DNA from: Cenococcum geophilum
Taxonomy: Eukaryota
DNA length: 64,000 bases
Assembly: GCA_050273025.1 (NCBI GenBank)
Contig: CP158635.1
Location: forward strand, 22,196,001-22,260,000
Direction of reading: 5' to 3'
Shown here: positions 1 through 11,220 of the stretch, piece after piece
Position numbering within the stretch: the stretch's first letter is position 1
How the letters are laid out: every line of letters starts with the position of its first letter
Translations under genes and position numbers: made by a program
The notes under the pieces: model-generated
What the model was told of the DNA's origin: nothing
What the model saw: the letters and a program-made list of their open reading frames with translations, nothing else
Database searches by the model: none

Positions 1-179
1 GAAAACTCTATTTGAGAAAACCCCGTAATCCATCTCCCCGCCTTTTAGGACTCGCTTATAAGGCGCCTACGAGGCGCCTACGAGGCGCCTGCGAGTCACC
101 TGTAGTGCTCTACTACCTTACTTTTTAACCTCCTTAGGAACCACTGCTGCCGTAACAAGCCTACGGACGCACTAGTATT

Positions 180-3100
180 GCAAACTTTACTCTACCACTA
201 TAGAGTTATTAGGGGGCGCCCGTTGCTTACCCCCCCGCCCTTTATTGCTATTTTCTTTATAACCTAGAACTAGTTTAGTACATTTTAGCTAATAAGCCAC
301 TGGGTAACCGCCTTAAGGCCTTTTTATATTAAGAGTAGTGTATTATAGTTCTCTGTGCTAGCTACTAAGAGTATTACTTCTCGGTTAGTGCGTAAGGGGT
401 ATAATAGTATTACGTGTTTTAGTGTCTGTCTTAGCTAGCTATATTTGCATCTTAGGCTACCTACTAGGACACCCACCTAGTAGAGCCAGTCTTTTAGTCC
501 TATTATTCCTATTCTTAAGAGTGTTACTATTATATTTTCTGCCTTTGTTAGGCCTTCTTAGAGCCCTAAAGTGTTTACCCCCTATAGCGTTAACTATACT
601 ACGGCTTGGGTTCCTTTTGCCTTAGTTAGCCTCTATACCTTTAACTCCTATATACCTCTCTAGCGTTGGTTCAGCCAGTGTTATATTATAGTAGATAGTT
701 TCCTAGCATTCTTTTATACTCTACTTTTACTCCTTTTTTTTTCTTACTGTTGTCTTTACTGGCCTCTTATACGTCTTCCTTCCTCCTCTATATGGGCCTA
801 GGCCCTAAAGCAGCACTATTCTTCTTTTGCTTTCTTTACCTGTTTCTCTAATATATCTTCCCTACTTTAGGGTTGTTGGTTTGTTCTCCTATAGGGCGCC
901 CTAGGGTCCCTCTATAGTTTATTTAGGCGTGTTTTAATATACTTTATAATATTAGAGTTGCGTTTATTTTACGCCCTTTATATTATAGCGGCTTTAATAT
1001 ATAGTTATAGGGGGGGAATATTAGCTTCCTTTTTAAGTAGTACTGTGGCCGTTCGCTTATATCCGCCTATTATGCTCTAGAGGTAGGCTATTTGGACCTT
1101 TTAAAGTAGTTTAAGGAGCGATTTAGGGGGGCCTTTCTTAGATTCTCTAATGGCCTAAATACTGGACCTATACGTTATAGTTGGCCGGACAACTGCTATA
1201 TATAGTAGGCGTAACCTCTAGAAGCATAGACCCTATATAGAATTAACAATCCTAGATAATGCGATATACTATGCTTAGCCTTTGCGGGCCGCTTATACCG
1301 TATATACGCTTTACCGGAGCTTGCTATCTACCTATACTCCTAATACCCTTAGACCCTAAACTAGTTGACCCCTAAAGCCTTAGATATAGATTATATACTA
1401 GAGATCTATAGATTAGTTACGTTTTCTTATAAAGTAGATTAGCTAGTATTTCTCTAGTAAGAATTAGACTCTATATTATCTTGCCTATTCTATATAGGTA
1501 TTATAAGCTTTCTCTAGTGTTCTATAATTTTTTGCGGCTGTTGGCCTGTATATAATTAGGTTTATATTATTAATAAAGCCTATCCCCTAGGTCGCCCCTT
1601 CCTTAAAGGAGTTAAGTAGGTTGCTTATAAAGAAAAGGAAGAGTATAGGCGAGAGGGGTAATCCTTATGGTATTCCTGTTATAACTATAATAGGGGGGCT
1701 CTGGTATCCGCTGAAGACTAATAATATTTCTTTTTAACCTATAAACCCTTAAACAAATTATATAATCTATTCTGGGAAGCCTTTTACCTTAAGGATGTAT
1801 AGGAGACGCTTATAGGGTACGTTATTATAGGCGCCGCTAATATCTAGGCTGAGTATTAATACTATAAAGTCCCTTCGCATCGCCTATGCGGATTTAATGG
1901 TGGTAGCGAGTAGCGTAAGTGCTAATAGTGTTAAGCGGTTCTTTCTTGCCCCTATTTAGCTTTATAGTAGTAGGTTATATTCCTTAGCCGTATCTGCTAT
2001 GCGGTCCGCTATTACCTTTTTTAAGATCTTGCTAAGGGTGTTTTCTAAGGCAATAGGGCGGTAGCTTCCTAGGATTAAGTAATCTGCTTTACCTTCTTTT
2101 CGTAAAATAACCGTCGTTATAGCTCTTCTAAGTTATGGGTAGTAGCCTATAATAAAGTATGCCCTAGCTATATCTGCAAGCTAAGGTGCTATAAGTGGTC
2201 CATATGTTTTTAAGGCCTTATTTAGAATCCTATTTGGTCCTAGTACTATATTATTTAAAAGGCGGCTAATAGTTCTGGCCATTTCCTCTGTTGTTATATC
2301 GCTGTTAACCCTTAGGCAAGTCATTGGTGTTTTACCCGTAATGTTACTAAGGTCTGCTAGAGCTGGTTAGGGGAAGAACCTTTCTATAAGGATCTTTGCC
2401 TTCTTATTATTGTTATTAGTGGCCTATAATTCCCCTGCTCTTTATAGGGGTAGTAAGTATAAATTTTCTACTAGGCGCCCTACCTTTTTCTTTACCTATT
2501 TTGCTATAGCCCAAAGGCCCTTATTATAGGGGAGGCTTAGGTTAAAAGTATACTCGTTTATAAACCGTCTCTAGTTGTTCCTTACTTTTTTCTTTAGGGT
2601 ATTCTTTAACTAGTTTCTCATGTCTTTATATTATCTCTCGTCTTTAGGGTTATAGCTACTTATATATTTCCTTCTTACTTATTATTAGCTAGTAATAAGA
2701 ACCGCGTATTATACGGACCATATATATTGCGTATAGGGGCCCGGTTTTAAGACTGGGCAGTGCTCTTTTAGCCCGTTTTTAATTATTACCTAGATTCTTT
2801 CTAGTCTTTAGTTAATTTCCTTAGGGGTGGCTAATAAGCCTTGCTTGTTTGGAATTAGGTGGATTTCTTCTAGGTCTTAGAGTTGTTATTTAACTATATT
2901 AAGGAAACTGTCTATCTTAAGCTTCCTTATTACATATTTTTTGCTACTTAGTTGCGCCTTAATATCTAAATCTAGCTGTATTTAGATGGGGATATAGTCT
3001 AAGGCAAGTACCTATTCTTCTTTAGGGTTGCACCTTTTAAGTCTTTAGTATAGGCCTTCGTCTATAAATATAAGGTTAATTATACTTTTAGAGGTTCCTT

Positions 3101-3650
3101 ATTGCTATATAGTTACTCCTAAGGGGGTGGCCAACTTAAGGCCCTAGGTGTCTATAGCTCTTAGTAGGCACTCTACCTATTAATTAGTAGCAATATAGAT
3201 ACCCCCCTACTGCGGGTGGTGGAGGTTTATGTCTTCTAGTAGGATAGACTCTATACCTTCGGTTTTTAGCAAGCTTATTACTAATATAATATTCTCTATT
3301 TATAGGACCCCTTTAACCCTAGGGTTATATATATTAATAATTTATACCAGTCCCCTATATATCTGGATTGTTATAACTGTAATATCTAGGTTAACTGCCT
3401 ACTATAACTATAAGGATAGGCTAATAGCCTTACTAATTATAAAGCACACGCGTATAGCTGCTTTTGGTTTATATAAGAGCTGGAATCCTTAGGGGCAGTA
3501 TATTGATTATATGTAGGTATTATAGTACGGCTCTTATATAGTAAGGATATAATATTTCTCTAGGTCTAGACCGTCTAGTAAAGGCCTTACAAGACGGTGG
3601 TTTATGTTACCGCAGTTATACTATATAATAGATAGGTGGCGGACCCCCGG
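180..3650 (-). pseudogene. LINE-A ORF2 (APE endonuclease + reverse transcriptase), RIP-inactivated
   Basis: Endonuclease and RT motifs in the expected order with many in-frame TAA/TAG; boundaries approximate. Confidence 0.88.
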
Positions 3651-3659
3651 TAAGGGTCC

Positions 3660-6190
3660 TTCGCCTTTCCTTTATTTCTTGCTTCTTTTATTTCTACTTT
3701 CTCTAGGATATTTAGAACTTCTATCTCTTATATCTATACCCTAGTTACTACTCATTTTATATAGAGCTTTCTATTCCCATATCTTATATTCCTATTAGCG
3801 CTTTTATATCTAAATCTATTATTATCTCCAGTTCCTCCCCTATTCTTACTAGCTGGCTATATGCCCTTTATAGGTTGGCTGTAAATGTTATATTTACCGC
3901 GTTAAATCTAATTCTTAATTATCCTAGTCTTAAGCTTGCTATAGCTATCTATAGGGGTCTTCCTATAGAGCGTCCTCTCCCTTATATCCCCTGTGACCCT
4001 TATATCCCTATACGGTCTAGTAATATCGCGCGGCGCCACTTCTGGCCCGTTAAGGCTTGGGATAGCTAGCCTAGCCCCCTAGTACTAAAGGTAGGAAACG
4101 CTAGGAAGGTACCTACGTCCCCCTAGCTTATTATCTATTATTTCCATTTATATAACCTAGCGTGCAGTTATTCCCGCAGCTATTAAGCCCTTACCTTCCG
4201 CCTCCTATATTTAATATAGTCTTCTCTCTCCTACGCCTTATATATGCTTTAGTGGCAGTTTACATATTTTATTTAGTCTTAATTTAAGCAGTATCTTATA
4301 TTATAGGGGCCTGTATAGTGGCCGTAGCACACCTATACTGCGTATGTGGATTAGGTATATCCCTATTATATGCAGCGGTAGTATTATTCTAGGCGTAGTC
4401 TATAGTTATAGAGCCTTACGTTATATATAAGGCCATTTATAATTATTCCTTTTTAGATAAGGAGTTTTTATATTTCTAGTATATGTATGCTAATAATAAG
4501 GGAGCCATGCGTTTAACCGGCGTCTCCCTAGCGAGTCTCTAGCGACCTTTATATCCTTTTATTGTTCTTATTATTTGCTTAGTTTATATTTTCCTATTAA
4601 AGCCATTAGATTTAAATAATCTTAAGGCCTAATATAAGGCGTTCTATATGTTTTACTATCTCCTATATAGTTGCTGTGTTATCCACCTAGCGTCCCTTTT
4701 CTACCCTAAGGCTTATAGGAACCGCTAGGACTTTAACTAGGTAGTCTTTACGGAGCACTTTTATGCTAATACGTTCTCCTAGCCTGTCCCCTACCCTTAC
4801 GGCTCGTTTCTTTGCCTATTAGTCCTTTAGGGTAACTCTAATGTCTCCGCTCCTAAGGTATTAGACTATAACTACGTCGTAAACCTCTTTACAAATCTCT
4901 ATAAGAACTTCTGTTTCTAATTATCCCCTAAGCCCCTCTACTTTTTCTATATTTAGTTATATTATAATTATATACCCGGTTATTGTCTTAAGGGGGGTGG
5001 GTTCCCTATAGTATGGAAGCGCGGCTATAGCGGCCCAGGTGCGGTTCGCCGGTAAGGGGGGGTTTTATTTATTTTCAATTTTGCTTAGCCGTTAGAGGTA
5101 GGTAGTTATATATTAGCTATAATATAGTAAAGTTTAACATGCCTACTTATCTAGGCCTCTACCCCAGTTTTTAGTGGCTTATTCCCACCTTTGGGCGTCA
5201 CTACTTCTACAGTTAAGGCCGGGCTAAAACCTCTCCCGCCTAAGTAACTCCTGTTTGCTCCTTAAGCGTACCTTACTAGTATACTGCCCTAGCGAGCAGT
5301 CCTATCTATTGGTACACCAACACGCGCATCCGTTCTCTTAAGCTATATAGTAGTCTCTTCGGCTAGGACGTAATCCTACCTACCTATTAGGTACACTAGG
5401 GGTTAGAGCCTAGCTAAGGGGTAAGGTTCCTAAAGCTAGCAGTAGCTACTACGCACTACGCCCCGCGAGAGGCTAGTAGTAGGCTAGGGGCGTAACACCC
5501 TATACTACTGCTAGTTCCCGTTTTACGTTACCTATAAGAGTCTCCTTATAACAGGCTAACCGTGTCTTATAGGAGGGGGCTATAAACGCTAGGTCCTGTA
5601 CCAGGTAACCTACTCCCCCCTCTCCTACTAACTAAGCTTGTGTCCCCCCCTTTTATAAGCTGGCCTGTGTCTCTAACTATTAAGACCTTATCCAACTAGC
5701 CTGTGTTTCCCCTATAGCCTCCCCTATATATATATATTAGGTTGCGTACACTACGCCTATTAAGACCCTCCTATGGGTCGCCTTATATATATATGTTAGG
5801 TTGCGTGCACCACGCCTATTAAGACCCTCCTTTAAGTCACCTGTTAACCGTAGATTGAACGCTATAGGGCCGTCGAAGCTGGCCTGTGTTTCCGCTATCT
5901 AGAGCTTTGCCCGTGTTTCCACCTCGTTAAGCCGTCTAGTCGCCATCGCGTCGCTATTGCGTCGCTATCGTCTAGGTTGCGCGTACCACGCCTATTAAGA
6001 CCCTCTTTTGAGTCACCTAGGTGTACCGGATACCAGATAGGCCCTCATAGGGGGGCCTTAACGAGTTCTCTAGGTAGGGGCCTTAATAAGTTCTTTGCGG
6101 TGGCCTTGGGGCCTTAACAAGTTTCGTATAAGGTATCTGCGACGCGTTAACCTTAACAAGTTCTTATAAAAAAGGGTTACCCTATGCCCT
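3660..6190 (-). pseudogene. LINE-A ORF1 (gag-like, CCHC knuckles, N-terminal short repeats), RIP-inactivated
   Basis: Degenerate Cys/His knuckles ~4250-4400; repeated ETQAS / EGLNRRGARN-like units 5660-6010; start approximate. Confidence 0.65.
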
Positions 6191-6500
6191 TGTCCTGCGA
6201 TCTCAGAGCTAGTGCAAGCCTAAGGGTGTCCTGTTGTACGACTAGGACGCGTCCACGTTAACTAGCTGATAATAAGGCTAGTTTCGGGCCTGGCTACGAG
6301 CTAGGTAGTTATACATCGGGTGGTTTTCGTATCTCAGTATCCCTTAATAGGCCTCCCTAGGTGGTAGAGCAGGAGCTTTAAGCGGAGGCAGTAAGGCTCC
6401 TGGTGTTGTTAAGGGCGATGCGTACGCGTCGCAGGCTTAACACCACAGAACCGCGACGACAGCGCGCTATACGCGCTGCGACGGCTCCCTACCATCGCCT

Positions 6501-6586
6501 CTACACTTGGCCATCATAAAGAAACAATTTCCTAATAATGTTTCCACCCGCGGCGACGTAGACGCGTATAGTAGGGCTTCGCGGGC
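6501..6586 (-). ncRNA. HDV-like self-cleaving ribozyme (predicted) at the LINE-A 5' terminus
   Basis: Minus strand: P1 GCCCGCG/CGCGGGT (G1.U wobble), P2 CTATAC/GTGTAG, P3 GCG/CGC, L3 TCTACGT (likely RIPed TCCACGT), P1.1 GG, P4 CATTAT..ATGATG hairpin, J4/2 GCCAA with putative catalytic C. Confidence 0.85.
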
Positions 6587-7050
6587 TAATTAGTTAATAT
6601 ATAGCCTCTACTAGTGCGTTTAGTTTATTTTTTATATTATATAGGAAACTATATAGAGGTTAGAGCTAGCCCTTTAGCTTACTCTATATTAATTTCTAAT
6701 TAGCCTTTTCTATAGCGGTCTCCTAAATAGTAAAAGCCCCTTTATTACTTCTATATCTACCTCTATAGTAATTAAAAAGTAATTAAACCCTATATACTAG
6801 CAGTCTTATCTTTAACTCTATAGTAGCCTATTAATAATTTAGGGGGAGGTAAATACTAGATCTAGTATGCTCCTTAATATACCCACTTTAATAGCTAGGC
6901 TTAGGCCTACTACCTCTATAGCGCGGATAAGGTTATCTACCGCATTATCTATACTTATTACTACTATACCCCCCTAAAAAGGATAGTATAGATTAAAATC
7001 TCCTAATAGTATCTATTCTCCTTTAGTCCTTAGTAGCTCTAATAGCCTAT

Positions 7051-7187
7051 CCCTTAACACGGCAATTTGGGTCCTTAGGTTATCGATAAAAACCAACTAA
7101 TTAGAAAAGCTGGGTTAATATAAATATCTAATTAAATCTAGTCGTTAATATAAGCGAACTTGGTAAGGGACCCTAACGTATTAAGGG
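7051..7187. mobile_element. Non-autonomous TIR element (CCCTT...AAGGG family) in a TATA site
   Basis: TAT|CCCTTAACACG ... CGTATTAAGGG|ATA; excision leaving TATA restores the LINE-B endonuclease frame. Confidence 0.8.
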
Positions 7188-7459
7188 ATAAAGGCTACTA
7201 TTTATCTATTAGGAATTATAGATATTGTAAATCTAGATAGTTTACTTATAGCTTTCTAGTTTAATTGTGTATATATCCGCTAAGTAGTATATAGACGTCT
7301 ATTTATTTATATTAATAGCTTTATTTATATAGAAATAGACCCTTATATTACTAAGTCCTATATATACTAGATAGTAAGACTTTATAGTATATATTATATT
7401 TCTTTAATTCTTTTACTATAGCTCCTAAATAGCTGGTATATCTAGTTAGGGGTCCGTAT

Positions 7460-7598
7460 CCCTTCGCACGTTGGTTTGCGTCCTATGGTATCGATAAGGG
7501 CCTGGCTAATAAGAGGCGCGCATTAGGCGCCCGTGTGTATAGCTGGGCACGATGTTCCTAGGCTTGGCGCCAAGTGTAGGACTCTAACGTGCGAAGGG
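7460..7598. mobile_element. Non-autonomous TIR element (CCCTT...AAGGG family) in a TATA site
   Basis: TAT|CCCTTCGCACGTT ... AACGTGCGAAGGG|ATA; excision leaving TATA restores the frame FL*EAKYTDP*LDI. Confidence 0.85.
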
Positions 7599-7780
7599 AT
7601 ACTTCGCCTCCTATAGAAAGTAGAGTAGCACAACATTCCTACTATTATTAGTATTATACTATATAATTATAAGCGGTTTCTGGTGTCCTAGTATAAGAGA
7701 TCTATATTAGCCTCTAAGTTAGCTAAATTAATATCCTCTAATGTCTGCTTACTCCCTTATAACGCACTTTTAGTGCCTAT

Positions 7781-8077
7781 CCCTTAGCACGTCAGGGTCC
7801 AACGAGTAAGTGGTCCGTGCGGGAACACCGTTTTCAAAAACGCATAAATACCTACCGCAATGCCTTCTACTCGTGCTAGAATTTCTGCAGAAAGGATAAG
7901 TGCTAGTAACCTCATATTGAGCGACTCAACTTTAAAGAATAAGCTTATATATTAAAATACTATGGAGTTTAGCCTCTATCAAAAGCTTCGTATTCCTGAG
8001 TACGGGCGTTAAATGCAGTTCAATTGATTGGCTGGATCTTATCGATAACAATTAGACCCGAATTGACGTGCTAAGGG
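7781..8077. mobile_element. Non-autonomous TIR element (CCCTT...AAGGG family), opposite orientation to the previous two
   Basis: TAT|CCCTTAGCACGTCA ... TGACGTGCTAAGGG|ATA; the subterminal GGGTC-N5-GTTATCGATAA motif is at the right end; little RIP. Confidence 0.85.
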
Positions 8078-11000
8078 ATAAACGCCTTTTTAATTATTAA
8101 ATCCAGGCTTCTACTTCTATTTCTATATTAAGCTCTATATTTAATAGGGGCTCCTAGGTTACTAGGGCTTAAATTAGGGCATATATACTACTATTAAGCG
8201 CTATTAGGGGTATTAATTAGAGTATTAATTAGAGGGTCTTTTAGCCCCTTTTCCTCCTAAAGTAGTTAATAATCTATAGCCAGCTAACCTTTTAAGGGCC
8301 CTCCTCTGCCTATATAGAGCTCTCCTATATAGCTATCTCCTTTAGCTTCCTTTTCTTAGCTTATTATAAGGCCTCTCTAGTAGTAATCTTATACTATAAT
8401 TATATTTGCTATCTGTATATAGGCGCCTTATAGGCGCTAGTGTAATATATTAGTATAAAGGCTCTAATTATTATAGCCTCCTTCTACTATATCTGCTTAA
8501 TACTATACGCCCTACTCTATACCTTATAGCCTACCTTATAGTTAATACACTTCTTAGATAGGTCTTTTATATAAATTTCTAGTATTATACTATCTAACAT
8601 AGTATCTATATCTAGCCTCTCTTTTATAGCTCTTAGCTATATAATTAAGGCCCTAGTATTTAAAGCACTACGTTACTAGAAATGTTATCTTATACCTTAT
8701 AATTAGGTAGTAGTCTCCTTTTAGAAAAAGGCCCTAATTAAATAGTATATTTACTGCCTCTTTTAACTATATACCTATAATAAGTAACAATTTAACCTTT
8801 TCTTCTATCTAGAGTCTTCCTAGCCTTTTCTGCGCTAGCCTCTCTACTATAAGCCCCACTATAGTATAATTCTACTTTATTATATGCTTTATTATATTCT
8901 TAGCCTTTAGGCCTTAGATAGTAACGCTTATAGGTACTATATAGACCTCTACTAATACTAGTAGAATAGCTAGTATAGCGAAGTACTCTAGGACCTTCGT
9001 CTACCCTATTTCTAATATTAGCCTATTTTTTTACGCCTTTATCTATAATATACGCCCTAATATTACTGCTTTATAAGTTCTTTACAGCCTATATCCTAGG
9101 GGTGTTTAGAGGTCCTATAGCCTAGAGCTTATATATTAGGGCCTAGCTATTTTACTTTAAGGCCTCTTTATAGTTAGTAGTATTGCTTATATAGATTATA
9201 ATTTTATTTACTTTTATAGGCTTATAAGCAGTTTATCTTATAGCTTAGGGCATTAAAGGTATAGTGGCAGTAATATATATATATAATTATAGACCTATAA
9301 ACGCTGGTCTAGCCTTTATAGCTATTATTATAGCCCTCTAAAAGGCGCTAATATCTATTTAAATTACCTTTATATTTTAGGCGTATTATTTTTAGGTCCC
9401 TTAGGTTTAGATAAGCTTCGCTAATATAATAACGGCTATTTAAAGGGTTATAATTATAGTAGTATACTTCTTGTCTATATTAAGAGATTGCTTCTATAGT
9501 ACTTACTAGGTTTATTTTACGGCTTATACAGTTTATAAAACGCGTTCCTAAAGGGCACGCTGTTTAATTAGGTTTATTAGGATTAAGGGCTTATTTATTT
9601 ATTATAGTCTAGCTTTAGGGCTATATACTAAAAAATACTATATATACCTCTACTAACGCTAAATTAAGGTGTATAGTTGTTGGTTACACAGGGTGACTCA
9701 CCAATAACGACTACTTAAGTAGGTTACAGTGATGTTGGTTAATAAAGCTTATTAATTGGAATGAGGAAGGGCGAGGAGCTTAAGGCTCCTCGCCACGCTA
9801 GTGCCGCGGCGACACGTAATAGCAACTTGCCATCACGTGACGGCAGTTTACCGTACGTGACGGCAAATTACCTTATTCCCGACACTGGCAACTCTTCTTT
9901 TATAGTTGCCCTCTATATACAAATACTGCTTAACTATTATAACAAATATAGATCCTCCTTACTTACTATTACTATTATAATATAAGTCTCGCTGTCCTAA
10001 AATTTGCCTCTTAGCACGTAGTGCTTTCTTACTAAGGAGTTATAGGTAGATATTATGTTAGGGCCATTAAGGCCACCAAGGCGCTAGCTATAAGCGAGCT
10101 AATAGCAATTTTCCATACCGGGTATAGAAAATCCTAATTAGCTAGTTAAAATTAGGGTCTATAGAGCGTTATACTCTTACTCCCTTTTAACCCAACCTTT
10201 AACTTATATACGTAAAGTATTCGTATTAACAAACGTTTCTAGAGCCTTATTTAGGTTTACCTTCGTTATTACATCTACTAGGTTATTTTAACCGTTAATC
10301 CATTAAATCTTAAAGAGTTCTTACCGTTTATAGGATTAACAAAGTGCCATAATATTAATTATAAGGCGCTTCTCCTTTATAGTACTAAGCTTAACTAAGC
10401 ACTTATAGAGGGAGTATAAGTCAGTATACACGATTATAGGGATAATAAGAAGTTCAAGTTAATCTATAATTATCTTTAGGGTAGTTCCAATTGCAATTGC
10501 TATATTAACTCCGCTAACCATTCTATATATCTCTAACGCTAGAACGCTTTAAGTGACGCGCTTACTCTTAGTTAAGCTTTAATAAATAAGATTGCTATAG
10601 ATTATAAAGTTATTCTCTTTAGTAAATTTATTCGCGATAATAATCTTATATTCTAGCTAGGAGCTAAAATCTTTATTATTTGCGAATAATCTATTAACAA
10701 ATACAAAGAGCTTAGCGGTAGGAAGATTAATAGGCACATAAAGTAGTCCCCGGTCGAGATAGTTTATTTACTAAGAGAGACGCTTATTTAGGGTAAGGAC
10801 GTTATCCTTAGTTAGTTCCTAGTATTAAGCGGTAATAAAGAGATTAAATAAAGCCTCGGGTTAATAGATAGAAGCGATATAAGCTCTATAAGCGCGTTGC
10901 TCTACATATCCTTATTTTAGAGAATTAACGTTAATAACGTTGATCTTCTTGCCTTAACCCTTCTAGCACAAAGCAATAGAATCCTCGTTTAGGGAGAGGA

Positions 11001-11135
11001 CACATCTATTAAAGAGTAATAGTGTTATCAAATTAAGCTTTTCCTTTGGCTTTACTATGAGATTTGCCTTTACTAGCTTGTCTTTTTTAAGAGCTAAGAA
11101 TTGGTTATCTCCTAAGATAATTATATTATTAGTTT

Positions 11136-11220
11136 GGCCGTCGAAAACGGACTCTGCACCTGTACGTGGTGACGGCTACGAACCTGGTCTTCGAAGTTCA
11201 GATCCAGAGCCAACGCAGAG
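11136..11220 (+). ncRNA. HDV-like ribozyme (predicted), variant P1.1
   Basis: P1 GGCCGTC/GACGGCT, P2 CTCTGC/GCAGAG, P3 ACC/GGT, L3 TGTACGT, P1.1 GT:AC, P4 CTGGTCT..AGATCCAG, J4/2 GCCAAC. Confidence 0.8.

Larger units (their letters stand above)
1..6586 (-). mobile_element. Tad1-like LINE (LINE-A), RIP-mutated, 5' end intact, extreme 3' end just off the left edge of the window
   Basis: Minus strand shows an AP endonuclease start (II*YNCGN..ILTI*EPY, ~3500-3640), RT motifs (LRKEGKADY..GSYRPIALENTLSKIL ~2020-2150; GIP*GLPLSPILF ~1630-1680; GFINN = RIPed F(V)DD ~1565-1580) and ORF1 CCHC knuckle remnants (~4250-4400). Positions 1-490 match the tailed 3' copy at 17635-18193. Confidence 0.93.
6587..9677 (-). 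mobile_element. Second, older Tad1-like LINE (LINE-B) fragment: ORF1 and endonuclease; interrupted by LINE-A, three MITEs and Copia-A
   Basis: Minus strand: II*YNTNNSRN..DIPAI*EL* (~7420-7670), IYNIYN, LLGDFNLYYPF*GG (~6970-7010), SILDLVF (~6850), and ORF1 knuckle remnant CFK..GLN.IAKS (~8500-8680). May continue past 16820. Confidence 0.85.

Noticed and set aside
6338..6352. TATCCCTTAA as another TATA-family element end
   Set aside because: No nearby matching AAGGGATA partner; lies within the LINE-A 5' UTR
7457..7601. Introner/spliceosomal intron interpretation of the small inserts
   Set aside because: GT..AG boundaries are not shared by all family members and both orientations occur; TIRs indicate DNA transposition
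11195..11206. Pol III B-box / tRNA-derived SINE head (AGTTCAGATCC)
   Set aside because: No cloverleaf or good A-box; the segment is better explained as ribozyme P4
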